A stretch of 59,651 bases of DNA, counting the filler, from Sphacelaria rigidula (taxonomy: Eukaryota), in assembly GCA_964200075.2 (NCBI GenBank). It is 3 parts of 3 records of this genome, joined end to end, with 100 filler letters (N's around TTAATTAATTAA, not from the genome) between each part and the next. Parts side by side here need not be neighbours in the genome. Positions count along the whole stretch, not along the records: positions 19,922 to 39,741 come from CAXNAA020000608.1; positions 39,842 to 59,651 come from CAXNAA020000609.1; 1 more part is not named here. One strand, 5' to 3'. Each line of letters begins with the position of its first letter. The first letter of the stretch is position 1. The notes beneath the pieces were generated by a model. The model did no database searches. It saw only the letters and a program-made list of their open reading frames with translations, and was not told the origin of the DNA. This document shows, piece after piece, positions 39,618 to 53,477 of the stretch. The position numbers were made by a program, and so were the translations under genes.

Positions 39618-39741
39618 CTTGTGAAGGGCGAGAGAGAGGAAGGGGCAAACGCAACGTGTGATGCACTAGTGAACAACAAATTGTGAGAATTGAGGTTTAA
39701 CTTCGAGATGAGGCTCAAGCCTAAAACAGTGCTTTCCCCAC

Positions 39742-39841
39742 NNNNNNNNNNNNNNNNNNNNNNNNNNNNNNNNNNNNNNNNNNNNTTAATTAATTAANNN
39801 NNNNNNNNNNNNNNNNNNNNNNNNNNNNNNNNNNNNNNNNN
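39742..39841. other. Artificial contig spacer (44 N + TTAATTAATTAA + 44 N)
   Basis: Identical to the first linker. Confidence 0.97.
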
Positions 39842-42659
39842 AAGATGCCCAGTACCAATGTACCGCGCAGATATCGGAACGGCTTTTAATGTGAAGACAA
39901 CAACATGCGAGCATGCTGCTAGAACGGGCGTCGTGAAGTATACTCAGTAGCTGATGGTATATAACACCCCCATGCACCCAAAGTTACAGGCATCTACTTT
40001 TGTTTAGCCATACGTGGCGCATATTCCGCGCTAAACCTGCAGTACATTGCTCTGCACGTACATAAGCACGATATGGTACTGTCCTGCACGGCGTTGTACA
40101 GTTCAGTACAGCACCAAACCGTGCTTAGTGTTGTGGTCGTCATATCGTCATCAAAGTACGCAGCATGTACAATCATCGTCATCGAAGTTTTCCGCGTGTT
40201 CAACCGAAAAAATGCTTGTGTACTATTGAAATGGTAAACACGGGACTCCGGGGTATTCAAAACCTGTATGTTGGGATATATGAGGTTCATTCCGGACAAG
40301 CAGCATAAACATAAGCTAAATCTAGATAGCATGGCTGTGTGTACATACACTCGCAATTAGTGTATGGGAACTGTAACCAGCGGAAGCTGTCGAAGACTTC
40401 GATCCTCTTGCCGAATTGATATATTAATTGGGGGGCAGGAGGATACGTTTTCAACACGTTCTGCTGCATCTCGAATCTCATCCAGTGATACGGTGCAGTA
40501 TGTGGGACTTGAACGACAAAAGCTTCTCGCAAATAAGTTTTTTTTTGCCCAATTTCAAGGATATTGGCGGGCAAAATGGAGATGTATTTCGAACAGCTTT
40601 TAGTGTACAAATTTCATTCCCGAGTGTAAATGGGATTTGTACACTCTCTGCTGTCCAAAATGAACATCCTTTTTGCCCGATTCTGATTTTGGAAGCAGGT
40701 ATTATTTCGAACAGCAGAGGCTGTACGAGTTCCAGATTCTCACATCACCCATTCCTTAAAAAATCCAGGGGATTTCAATAGTGACACAGACCTCCGAGGC
40801 CCCATAATCACAATCCTCTAGAGGATTGTGAATACCCAAAATCCTCTAGCGGGGATTTCAAAACGGACGGAGCCGAGGATGACATTTGAAAAATCCTCTA
40901 CAAGGTAGCCGAATGGCCGCATGTGTAGACCCAGGTTTGCCACAAAGACGCAGTGTGGCGTACACGACGTTGTTACCTGAGTCCAATGAGCTAGGAGGTT
41001 GCAGATGACAGTGGTACGCAGTTGGAAAGGGAAATTATATACAGTTCCGCATATCCTACGTAGTTTAGCAGTAATGCTAGGTACGGCTGATCTGGGAAGC
41101 AACGAAGTAGGGATGATCGCAGTAATGAACAGACATCATCATAATATAGGGTCAAGAGACAAATGGGTCAAGAGCAATAGCCCAAGTACTGTACAGAAGT
41201 GTCAGAATCACGAAGAATTTGGTACGTGGAGTCAATCCTAGTCTATCGTATCGAGCGTTTTGATGTTTAGTTTTATAGTACGAAGGGTTTGTCAAGAGAG
41301 ACTATAGCTTGCGATAAGCCCACGTGTTCACTGTCCTACTCGATATATTTCCACAACAGGCTTAGTAGCTTGTTAGTCGTTCTCTCTATCGCGAAGAACC
41401 TGGGTGTTTTACTCTGTGTTGGCCACATAAGCGCCTTTGAAAACCACCAACCTCTTTCTTTTATTGCACATCCATAGTAAGTTGGTGGTCACTACTCACC
41501 GCTTACGGAGTTCACTGTTGCCAACACTGAAGCCTAGCTCCCTCTTTCAATTGACAAAGGTTAAGCGAACTGCTGTCTGTCGAACAGCTAAACCGTTATC
41601 TCTGCATATCTCGCATGCAGATATAGCCACATAGTATCAAATGTATTTCGAACTAGTCGACGGTGGGTCTGCCGCGAGTGTGATAGGTGCCGATGTTTCG
41701 CAAGAAAGAGATCTCATCTCCGTAGGGCGCTAAACAAGGTTTTCGTGAGATTGAGAGTTGGGTGCGGATTGAGAGTGGCTTTGATCATTTGCTTTAACTT
41801 AGCCAATTTTGCATTCCGTGTGTGCTTTTCGTCGTCTCATCATTGCCATGTGCTTACAGCTACACGTTGATATCCTACTCAGGGGTATCGAGGGCCTCAG
41901 TGGCCAGCTACTACAGAGAGAATATTGGGCCTGGTGGAGGTGCAGTTCGGAACTGAAACGGCTTATTCACTCACTGATAGCTTCTCACACTCAATCGTAC
42001 CTTCAACTCTCGATTTCACGAAAACGTTGTTGCTAGCTGATTATAACCTGCGCCCATGCAGCGTTACTGATAATCGACTCTCTGGCCACTATCCCAGTTC
42101 CATGTTGTCCATCGGCTCGTTCACCCCGCTGCGGAGGACGCATCATCCCACCCTTCCGAACGCAGCTCTGCCTGATCGACATCGCCCTTGCAGTCCGATG
42201 ACTTCACAATCTCTCTCTTTTCTCTCTTGCAAAACTATACCAACGTGGTCTACCGCATTCTATCCCCTAAGGAACAATGTATCAAGGTCGTAGATGGCTA
42301 CTGTGAGCGTTCTGATACCTGAGCTCTTACAAAATCTACAGGTACACGCTCAACTCTCTGCTCTGTACTCCATCCTTCTCATGCCATCCTCCTAATCTTG
42401 AGCACGATAGATTAAGTTGGTGTTTTGATATCTACCCAACGCTTCAATATGCACTTTGTTTTTGTCGCACATTGAAGCTCTTCCCGGGGACGAGTCTGTG
42501 GTCTCAGGGGATCAACCCATCTCTCCCCGGTACACGCGTTTCATTTTGGTATCTCGGATTGAGTCAGCACTCGCGCACCGTGTCAAGTCTCGTCGAACAA
42601 ACTTTTCCATCTGTTTTTTGTTCACTTATGTACTTCCGCTTTCGACAATGGAAATTAGA

Positions 42660-42737
42660 ACCTTCGGAGCATTGGTGATCGAACCCGCGTCCTCTCGACC
42701 CCAATGTTGATAGTCGAACCATTCGATCACCGGGGTG
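42660..42737 (-). mobile_element. Possible tRNA-derived SINE head
   Basis: The minus strand reads caccccggtgatcgaatggtt...ggggtcgagaggacgcgggttcgatcacc, with A-box-like and B-box-like motifs at tRNA spacing but no clean cloverleaf. A similar start (gccccggtggtctaa) occurs at 699-714. Confidence 0.4.
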
Positions 42738-43744
42738 CGGCGTTGTGGGTTGGGTGGTTACTCAGGACTGAGGACTTGTCCCTGGGAGGGCGGTGGCGAG
42801 TGATTAAAGGTACCAGAAGACAGTAGTACGAGGCATGTAACCTCTCACCCTCATATGCATTATTTGTGGAGTATTTTTGCCCTCCTTGCGTGTTGCAGTG
42901 GGTAGTGTCGGGTGATGCGACCCTTCCCACCGGTGCTTTTTAAACGTGCTGTGTGCGCGAAATCTCGACATATGATCGGAGAGAAGAGCAAACATTATGG
43001 TACCTCAAAATTGTTATACTACACCGAGCGCGATGTGTACGGTCTGTTCGATATATCCCTCGCGATACGTGAGCACTACATGTTCTGACGACAGCATTTT
43101 GTCTCATTCTCAATATGGTTGCATATTTGTTGGACATAATACCCGTCCGGGGCGTGTCATAGACAACCAATTACGACTACATACGTAGCTGTCATATGTA
43201 CTCAAAGTCACTCACCGACTGGCCCATCGCTTGGTGTCGGAGCAGGTGCAGGTGAACTCGGCTGCGTGTATACGTCAACCAACAGCCAGAGGGGAGAAGT
43301 CATGGAAAACTCAGGCAATGAATAGAGTATTCTTCATGAATTTTCGCAGAGTCGAGGAAATGACGTGAGGGGAGCAAAACATGTAATGTCAACAACTAAC
43401 TTAAGAAGAGCTTGCGGCACAACGTCAGCTTAGAGCAGTGCACAATTGCCCGCTAGCCTCCGAGGAACATTTTTGTCACCGGTAAGCGAATGGTTTTGCT
43501 TCCGAAATTACCGATATGATCGAGTGCTTGGCCGATGGAGTGTTTCTGCGCAGAAATTATGTAAGGTATGTTTGTCCTGTCGACGAATCTGCAAGCGAAA
43601 AAGAAGTTGAAATGAACAAATGCTAAGCCACAAATCTATAACGCCTGATTCCTGCATTGAAAAGCTTCTGAGATGTTTTGTTCCGCCCGGTTTCTTGATT
43701 CGCTCGACTTGCGTGGGTACAAAATGTTGTGTTCTTGATGTTTC

Positions 43745-44165
43745 TACATAACAGAGGATTCTATGAAATGAGGTTCATCAATGAAATGAGGTTCGAGCCC
43801 AAAACAGTACTTTCTCCACNNNNNNNNNNGCCCAATGACTTTTTTGTCGGCCTAATGTCCCTCGATTGCGTAGATACTTTTTCAGCGCATTTTACCGACT
43901 CTGTGAGCTTACAGCGCTGACCGAAACTGCTGTTTTCCCTGATATCACCCCCCTAACAAATGAGTAGAAATAGCGGTTTCGGACAGCGCTGTAAGCTCAC
44001 AGAGTCCATAAAATACGCTGAAGAAGTATCTACGCAATCGAGGAGCATTAGGCCTGCGAGAAAGGTATTGGGCACCATCGCTAAAAGCGTGGAGAAAGTA
44101 CTGTTTTGAGCTCGAACCTCATTTCATTGAGGAACCTCATTTTATAGAATCCTCTGTTACATGTA
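43745..44165. mobile_element. Long palindromic (foldback) MITE
   Basis: Inverted arms of ~190 bp (taacagaggattctatgaaatgaggttc... / ...gaacctcattttatagaatcctctgtta) with TA ends. It contains the 10-N gap at 43820-43829. Confidence 0.8.
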
Positions 44166-44199
44166 TATCATGAGACCACAAACACACGAAGAGGAAAGG

Positions 44200-45502
44200 A
44201 GGAATATCGACAAATTCTACTGAAACGCCACACAACAGCACGGTCGCATTTGCAACAAGCAGCGACGTTGGTTTCATGAGACAGGACGGCGCGGAAATCG
44301 ACGTTGACAATAGCTTGGCCACACTCAGCGAATATGATTCCGCTACAGTGGGTTCTATGAGTGATGATCCCACGGGGGTGAACATCACTCGGCTGGCAGC
44401 GACGGGGTCGAAGTGGTTTACGAGCCGACTCTATCACTGCCATTGGTCTTGACTTGACTGCAGAAGAGGCTGACGACGTTGTGGGAGAAGACGATGATGA
44501 TATTTTTAGGGGTACGGATGAGGAGGAAGGCATGTTCCATCGTTTTGCCGGGGGCCGCCGTTGTGATAGCAGGGATCCGAGTTGGTGTTTCGCTGACGGC
44601 GACATAGTAGGGTTCATTTAAACATACGGAGTCGGAACCGTTGTTGACCTTGCCGCTTGTACTGATGATGGTGTTGAAACATACATGGAGGTGTCAGCGG
44701 AGGGTGATGCTGCAAGTGGTACAAGAGTTTACGCAGCTGCAAAGGGAGGTGTGGGCGATGGTGTGAAAGCAAGTGGATAGGTACCAAACGTCGGCACTAG
44801 AACAGGCTGTGCCGTCAACTTTAGAACTAAAGAGAAACGTATGCGGGGCGCACATTGGGATCGCAGTAGTGTCTCTAGTGGGATCCAGGATGGCCCAGTC
44901 ACCCGTAAACTCGTGGTTTGGTCACGCCTCGGGAAGGGGAAACCCCCGCTGTCGATGCCGCACATCATGGAATTACCACAGGCACCTCAAGGATGGAGCG
45001 GGGTGTCAACTGTTGAGGGATGACGGTGATTTGCGCGGAAGAGTAGTCACCGAGGGGTATGGTCCAGCCGCAGCAAAGGGGGTCTGAAAAGATGATAGGG
45101 ATGTTGTGTATCAGGACTTCTGGTTTATCTACCGGCCTAGATGTTACTGCCAGTGTGGTGGTCGCCCTAACAGCTACGGGTGCCGACGACCGCGCTGCAC
45201 TGGGTACCGCACTTGAAATAATAGATCAATACTGTTGCTCCTCGAGCTGAAGTGTAGCTGGTGACCCCATTGGAACGTACGGTGTCACACTACTGGATTG
45301 TTTGACAGCCGGGGAGGCGTGTGTTTCATCAAAGGATTGAAAGTGGGACTCGAGAAGGTTCAAATGTTGCTTGGGTCACTGGGGAGCTCGATTCCGTCAC
45401 ACAGGGGCTCGAGGTTTCTGAAGCTGGGGGCTTGAATGGTTTGACAGTGGCGAGATTGACTGTTCCGTCACCAAGGGTGCCGTTTGTTGAGACACAGGGA
45501 CC
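44200..45502 (-). pseudogene. Decayed Ser/Thr/Pro-rich mucin-like coding segment
   Basis: After a tag| acceptor near 45503 the minus strand reads GPCVSTNGTLGDGTVNLATVKPFKPPASETSSPCVTESSSPVTQATFEPS...TPSPTPP...SSSSPTTSSASS, with several stops and frameshifts. It lies on the same strand and downstream of the DDSTT exon. Confidence 0.35.
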
Positions 45503-48413
45503 CTACCCGGTGTCTCAATAAAAGGTGTGGTTGCTTATTATTCGGTCAAGGGGGTGGCTTGTAGGTGATTTGAACGGTAATAAGCTGGGTCAGAATAAAC
45601 AAATATATTGAATTTTCACCAAGACGCGCAGATGACCCAACAGCCGAGAGCTAGCTTCGTGTCAACACCGCAGATGAACTGGGCGTCAAAATAGGCGTCG
45701 GGCTCGGTAATAGCTGGAGGGTACTCGTTAAGGACCACTTGACACGATTGGACTACCAGTCGCGAGTCGTAGACGTGAACAACTCTAGGAATGCACATCT
45801 GACATGTTCAGCGTGGGTGGCAGCATTGCCATTGGCAAGGTGGCGGTAGACAGCACCAGACGACGTTCATTTGTTCCTGTATTTGGTTGGGCAGCTGCCT
45901 TCAATTTGTTGCTATCTGCTCCTAGTGCAAGGAAATATGGTAATACGATGTTGTAGTATCCGCTCCAGTTTGTTCGTTTCGTTTTTAACACTGCGAGGAG
46001 TTACACCTGTCCATTGTCAGCTATATAGTGAAATGTCTCGGGTCGTGAATCTTCTTGAGTTTGCCTAAGCCAATACCCGACAATACTTCGAAGGGTGATC
46101 CATGCGGAATGAAATGGACATACGTCTCCCATCTCTCATTTCTACGGCACCAAACCTATACGTTTTCCGGCGTGCGGCTCGGGCTGCGTTACAATTCCGT
46201 ACATTTCTCCAAGTCAACAATCACACGGGACCACCGGTACAGTCTGATACGAACAGCATATGGACCCTCGATAGTATTTTGGTCATCGGTGACACGGGTA
46301 AAATCATCGCCACATACTCCAAACGAGGTGTTTCAAAAAGAAACACCCTTTAAAACGAAAATATAAGCTACTAGCAGCTATGGATGCAAAGTGAGCTGCG
46401 TCACGCACAAAACCCCGGTGCAGCGCTGGAACTACAAATATACAACCAAAACGTGTGGCGTTTCGGTCCCTTGCTCGTTAGTATATGCACTAGCTCTTGT
46501 CCTCCTGCTTGACAAAAGCGAAATCAAATGGTACAGGTGCCACCTTGCAGCGATTACACTAGAGACAGCCTCGGAATGAAACACCCCCCTTTTCGATTCT
46601 GTACGCGAGACCATTTACCTCGAGCGACGTGGATGTGTCCGAGACGTCTGATTATGACTGTTTTCGGGATTTTCAAATACCGTGTAGCAGAGCGGCGACC
46701 AAACGTTCGTGCCTTATCGGAGGGTATGGGTTAGCGCGATTGGCATGCCCGCGTAAGCGCAGGACAGCTTGGCAAAATCTGCGATTTCCGAAAGATATCA
46801 AAATTGGTAGAGGGTGTCTCGTGCAGCGAGGTGTTTAGTCTGCTCTTACTACGTACGTGTAGGGTGCTACTGCGCTGATATTTCGCCTTCATGTCAGTCG
46901 GATGTATGCCCAGCATGTACATTTCGTGCAGGTGCGACTCCGCAGCCATTAAACTGGAGGTAACTTCGGCATGGAACACCCGGTCGGTCGTTTTCAGGCT
47001 GTTCTCAGTTACAAGTTCAGGACGCGACAGGACACTTCATTTTCACGGTATGACTTTACCACATTCTATGCCGCGGTTCTGCTCAAGTGCGATGTAGTAG
47101 AGGATAGTCTTGCATTGCTTTGATTTCGCGCGGAACATAGTATATATGGTTATCAAAAAGTGTGGTACGGCACGGCACGATGCGGCGTCGGACGACCATA
47201 GTACTCACTGCGTATGATGACTCCGTTAACATAAAATACTTCTCTTACCGCACAAATCGGGAACCTCGAGACCCTAAGGTAGAATCGCACTTTTCTGTGC
47301 GCCACACGTACAAATGTGCTGCATAGATTTGTGTCGCATTGCACAATAAATGTGAGATTTGTTTACATATTTCACCCCGCTAAGTATCGCATGCGTGATC
47401 TCAGGAACAAACATCTCTGGAACGAAAACACGGTAAGACTCACAGCTCGACTGGGTCGCCACCTCCGGACCGAGTCCTGACTCTACCGTAGCCAGTATGT
47501 GAGTGTTGTCCTTTTCAACTTGAAATAACTAAAAACGAAACACGCCTCCCAAACGAAACTGCAGGGCTCACCGTACACAAACGTTGCAAATGTCCTTTAC
47601 GATTGTTCGTCACCCCGAACAACAGAGACAGAACAAGGCAGAAGTAGCTTCACTGATGACGTCAGCCTCCCCCCCCCCCCCCCCCCTGCCCCTACCTCGC
47701 CCGTTGACGGAAAAACGAAAATGAAAATAGATATTTTTTGCTTTCTCAGACAGATGTGGCTTCGTGCGTCTCAGAAAAGGTGCAGGAGTGTCGAAAAAAA
47801 TCAATCCAACACGTAGGGACCGCGTGCGTTTCTTCCGGCCACAGGTCAGTAAATGCAGAGTACTGTTGCGTGGTACATGTTTGTACGCTACCGCACGGGT
47901 GTTCTGCGGCATCTGCGCCGGGCAGTTTCTCTCATTCACGGTAAAACATTGTAGAGATACTCTGTAGTACGCTGTGTGATGAAACCTTGCCGCTATGGCT
48001 TGCACGATAAACGGAAAATACGATCTTGCGCGGTACCGCTGTTGATGGGTGCCGACGTTGGGAACTTTGCGCCGTACCGCAAGTAGTGATGAAATACCAT
48101 GATGAACAGATATTATTTAGCTGCTGAAGACAGTCCTTCTCGTCGCTATATTTTCGTAGGAGGACCATTCATCCGCAATGACGTGGAAGTCCCTCAACCA
48201 TGAAGAGGGGTTTAAAATCACTATATCTTTACCGTACGTGGGACAGGACGCGAGGAACTAGGGCCCACTGTGGACAAGGCAAAACACACGACGTGTCGTC
48301 TGAGACAGCATTTCACCCCGCCATCCGCCTAGCCACATCTCGAAACTTCGTGCGTACTCCTTTCAAGCAACAACCACGACTAAGACAATAAGAGAGCGAT
48401 GCTACGATGGGAC

Positions 48414-48520
48414 GGGGGGTGTGGGGGCGGGCGGGGAACGTACTCATTCGTTGCCTGCCTTAGTCATTTTACCATTGACAACGCATTCCTTTCGAGACGA
48501 AGCACAGGGGGGGGCGGGGG
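48414..48520 (-). repeat. Short copy of the LINE 3' terminus
   Basis: The reverse complement gtgcttcgtctcgaaaggaatgcgttgtcaatggtaaaatgactaaggcaggcaacgaatgagtac matches 17691-17755. It is flanked by G/C tracts. Confidence 0.7.
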
Positions 48521-51500
48521 GATATCTGGGGCATTTCTTCCACGTAATTCCACATCGAATCGATTCTGAACGCAGCAGCGTTTGCTCGAATACGCTTGCT
48601 ACCAATAAGGTGTTTATACCACTTGACACTAGTTTCACCCAACTTCAAAGTTAGGTCGCGTTGGACACCTGTGAGCCCTTGCTTCTCGTCGAATCGCCAC
48701 CTCCCCCCCTATCGTAGCATCACTCAAAATAGGTGACAAGGGCCCGGGGAGGGTAGTGGTGTAACACGCCCCTCCCCCCCCTTCTTTGTCACTGAACAAG
48801 TCGTCGACGTTTGCTAGTCGTCGATTGATGATTCAGGATTGCCAAATACCGTGCGGCGGCGTGGGGGACGAGACTTCATGCGTGGTAGAGTAAGGGCTAG
48901 CGCGAATGGCGGGTCCGACGTGAGTGGAGTAGTACGGCAATGATTCGTGCTGTTATGTCATGGTGCATCTGCTTCCGTGTCGACCAGAGAAACATTTACT
49001 ATGTTGTCTCGCTTAATAGAAGCAACACAACTTTGTAAAAGTAGCACCTCGGAACTATTTCAGGGAAGGACGGTTTGTAAACGTGCAACCTCACAACGAC
49101 TCCGCCACAGAACATCTTGGCATGAAACTATGAATGCTCGGTCTTTCCATATCTTGGTATGTAAAATCATGACTGGCGGGGCGGCGCAGAGGACAGGGGT
49201 TCGTGCCGTGGTGGTGCTTACAGGTTAATGTCGTAGACAGGGCCGTCGTGAACTGACTAGAAGCTGACAGATACTGTACCTTGCAAAGGAAAGAGAGGTG
49301 AAGGGAGGGCTTCTCGAGCCGCGAGGTTTCAGGTACTTCGACGTCTATAATGTTTTTTGATGATACGTACGCAAGGTCATTTCCACCGAAGCCGTGTCGC
49401 GGAGGCCGGTCCTTCCTAGTATTTTGATATATTTGCTTTGTTTTGTCTAATACTTTCTCTGCCTCACCTCATTATTTTTCTGTCCTGGTTGTCTCTCCTC
49501 CCTTTCTACTTCCTTTACATTTCGTCAACTTGTGTTTACATTTTGGTTCACCTCGGGGATATCTATCGTGTGACCACGACTGGATCCCTTGGGGATCAAA
49601 TAATGTGCAAGAGCCAATGAATGAAAAAGCGAGTGAAGCGTCCGCGTTGGTCAGATATATGTTCAACATGCGCATGTCATCTCGCTTGCCAGATGCTATC
49701 TCATTTCGTGCTGGCACCATTTCGTAACGACTACACCGAAGAAAAACTCGGCATGAAACACTCCGCTACTGTTTTCCTGTATTTGTATGTACCAAGAATC
49801 TCTCACCCTGGGTGACGTGGATGTGCTCGAGTCGTCTACGGTAGAATCGCCCATGGTGGAGACGTCTGTGACCGAGTCGTCTGTGGTGGCCTCGTTTGTG
49901 GTCGAGGCGTCTGTAGCCGAATCGTCCGGAGTCACGAGTTCTGTGCTTGAGCCGTCCGTAGTCACGTCGTCTGTAATCGAGGACGTGTACGTGGTCGTGT
50001 CGTCCATCGTCATGACACTCGTGACTGAGTCGGAATTGAACGAGTCGTCTGTGGTCGACCCGTCTGTGGTCGACTCGTCTCTAGTGGAGTCATCTATGGT
50101 GGAGTCGTCCATGGTCAAGGGGTCCGTGGTCGAGTTGTCCGTGGTCGAGTCGTCTGTACGTGATGTTCCCGCAGTCGAGTCATCCGTGGTGGAGTCGCCT
50201 ATGAGGGAGCTGTCTGTGGTGGAGTCGTCCGTGGTGGAGCCGTCCGTGGTCGCATTGTCAGCGAACGAATCGTCCGTCCTCGCGTCATCTGTAGCCAAGT
50301 CATCGGTGGTCGTGTCGTAAGTGGTGGTGTCGTCCGTCGTCAAGTCATCGGTGAATACGTCGTCTGTAGTTAAGCCATCACTGTTGGAATTGTCAGTGGT
50401 CGAGTCGTCCGTGAATGTGTCGTCCGCGGTCGAGTCGTTCGTGAGCGAGTCGTCTGTGGTCGAATCGTCAGTGAACGATTCATTCATAGTCGAGTCGTCA
50501 GTGAACGAGTCAGCTGTAGTCGAGTCGTCTGTAGTCCGGTCATGTGTCATCGCGTCGTCCGTAATCGAGACGTCGGTGAACGAATAGGCCGTGGTCGAGT
50601 CGTCCGTGGTCGAGTCATCAGTGATAGAGTCGTCCGTTTTCGAATCATCTGTGATCAAGTCATCTGTGAACGAGTTGTCCGCGGTCGGGTCGTTTGTAAC
50701 CGAGTTGTCTGTGACAGAGGCATCGGTGAGTAAGTCCTCTGTGGTCGAGTCGTCCGTGGTCGAGTCTGACGAGGAGTCCGTGGTCGAGTCGTCCGTAAAC
50801 GCGTTGTTCGTGGTAGTGTCGTCGGTGAAGAATTCGTCCGTACTCGAATCTTCAGTAAAAGAGTCGTCTATGGTCGAAGCGTCTGTAGTCGAGTCGTCCG
50901 TGAATGGGTCGTCTGTGGCCGAGTCGTCAGTGAAGACGTCGTCTGCAGTCGGGTCGTCCGGGAACGAGTCGTCTGTGGCCACGTCGTCTGTCGTCGAATA
51001 GATAGCTAACGAATCGTTCGTGGCCGAGTCGTCAGTGAAAGATTTGTTTGTAGTCGAATCGTCAGTAGTCGAATCATCTGTGGTAAATCCGTCAGTGGAC
51101 GAGTCGTCTGTGGTCGTATTGTCAGTGAACGACGCGTATGTAGTCGAGCCGTGAGTGGTCGAGCCGTGCGCGGTAAAGTAGTCTGTGAATGATTCGTGCG
51201 TGGTCGAGTCCTCTCTAATCAAATCATCCGTGGTCGAGTCGTCCGTGGCGGAGTTTTTCGTGAACGAATCGTCTGTAGTCGAGTCGCCTATAGTCGAATC
51301 GTCCGTGGTGGAGTCGTTCGTGGTAGAGCCGTCCGTGTTTGAGTCGTCTGTAGTCGAGTCGGCTGTCGTCGAATCGCCAGTTAACGAATCGCCGGTGGTT
51401 GCGTCGTCAGTGAACGGGTCGCCTGTAATCGTGTCGACAGTAAACGAGTTGTCTGTCGTCGTGTCTTTCGTGAACGAATCAGCTGTGGTCAAATCGTCGG

Positions 51501-51714
51501 TGAACGAGTCCTCCGTGGTCGAATCATCAGTAAACGACGCTCATGTAGTCGAGTCGTCAGTGGTCGAGTCGTCTTTGAATGATTCATCTATGATCGAGTC
51601 GTCTGTAATCAAATTATCCGTGGTGGAGTCGTCCGTGGTGGAGTCCCTAAACGAATCGTCTGTAGCCAAGTCATGCGTAGTCGAAGCGTTCGTGATGGAG
51701 TCGTTTCACAAGCG

Positions 51715-52029
51715 GGCATTTGGCTGCCTCCAAACTTTCTCCAGGTGGGTACACGTTTCGAGCCTCAAGAGGAATTAAACGCCTCCGGAGGGGTGCGCGG
51801 CCCTCCAGAGGAGATTATTTGGTTCTCTCCAGGGGTTGAACTCCCCCGCAGGCTTATTCTTGTCTCCGAAGGGCCGCGCATACCGCCAAATTCCTCCGGA
51901 GGGGTGCGTGGCCCTCCGTGTCGGTAGAGTTTGGTCTCCTCTAGGGGGGTGGAAGGCCTCCGGAGGCTTGACTTCCCCCTGGAGGGCCGCGCATCCCTCC
52001 GGAGGCATTTTGGGGTATAGCTAAATGGC
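51715..52029. mobile_element. GC-rich foldback MITE inserted in the DDSTT repeat
   Basis: It interrupts the 15-nt repeat abruptly. It has imperfect terminal inverted repeats (ggcatttggct / agctaaatggc) and multiple internal cctccggagg palindromes. Confidence 0.65.
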
Positions 52030-53477
52030 TGCGTGTGCTGTGGTATAGCCGTTTGTGAATGAGTCGTCTGTGTTTGAGTCGTCTGCAGTTGGGCCGTCCA
52101 TGGTACACTCGTCAATGAACGCGTCATCTGCGAACGAGTTCTCTGTAGTCGAGTCGTCTGTCGTCGAATCGCCAGTGAACGAATCGCCGGTGGTTGCGTC
52201 GTCAGTGAACGAGCCGTCTGTCGTCGTGTCGTCAGTGGACGAGATATCTGCGGTGAAATCGTCAGTGAACGAGTCATCCGTGGTAGAATCGTCAGTGAAC
52301 GAGTCGTCCGTGGTCGAATTGTCAGTAAGCGACCCGTATATAGTCGAGTCGTCTGTTGGCGAGTCGTCGGTGAATGAGTCGTCTGTAGTCAAGTTGTTGG
52401 TGGTCGAGTCATCAATGAACGAGTCGTCTGTAGTCGAGTCGTCCATGGTCGAGTCGTCTGTAGTCGAGTCGTCTGTGAATGAGTTGTCTGTGGTTGAATC
52501 GCCGGTGATGGAGTCGTCAGTGAGCGAGTCGTCAGTAGTGGAGTCGCCCGTGCATGAGTCGTCTGTAGTCGGGCCGTCGGTGGGTAAGTCGTCAGTGGTC
52601 AAGTCGTACGTTGTCGAATGGTCAGCGGTCGAGTCGTCGGTGAACCCGTTACCTGTAGCTGAGTTGTCTGTAGTTGATTCATCAGTAGTCGAGGAGTCGG
52701 TCGTTGAGTCATCAGTGAACAATTCGTCGATTCCCAACCGGCGGTGAACGAATCGTTCGTTTTCACATCGTCAGCAAATGAGTCATTGGTAGCTGAGTCA
52801 TCCGTGGTCTAGTTATCAGTAACAGAGTCGTCGGTTGACGTGTCATCTGTGATCGAGTCATCTCGCGACGAGTTGTCAGTGAGGGGCGTTTCGATTATGG
52901 AGTCGTCGTTGATCTCGTTTTGGCTATCGCGTAATCGGTTGTCGAGTCGTCTGTGAATGTAGTGTCTACGCCCGAATCTGCTGCGTCGGGTCGTTCGTGG
53001 TCGAGTCATAGGGTTTCCATTTCTCAGTGAATGAGTTGTACCTGGCCGATTCGTCTGTCGTCACCTCGTTAACTGTTGAATCTTCCGTGATCGACATTTT
53101 CATGGTCGAGTCATCAGTGATGATATCGTCTGTGGTGAAAATATCTATGGTCAAGTCGTTCGTGGTAAAGTCGGCCGTCGAGTCGTCAATGAATGAGTCT
53201 TCGGTGCACGAGTGGTCTGCGGTGGAGCTGCCTGCGGTCGGGTCGTCTAGCATGGAGTCGTCCGTGGCCGAATCGTCAGTGATTGAGTGGTGTTTGACAG
53301 AATCTCTTATGGTTATATCATCTGTGACCAACTCACCTGTGGTGGAATCGTCTGTGGTCGAGCGTCCCGTAAATGAGTCGTCGCTGGTGGGGTCGTCAGT
53401 GAAGGAGTCGCGAGTGGGCAAGTCATCTGTGGTTGAGTCCCCAACGAAGGAGTCGTCAGTAGGAAAAAGGTCGACTT

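Noticed and set aside
42660-42737. Functional tRNA gene
   Set aside because: No complete acceptor or anticodon stems; kept only as a possible SINE head.
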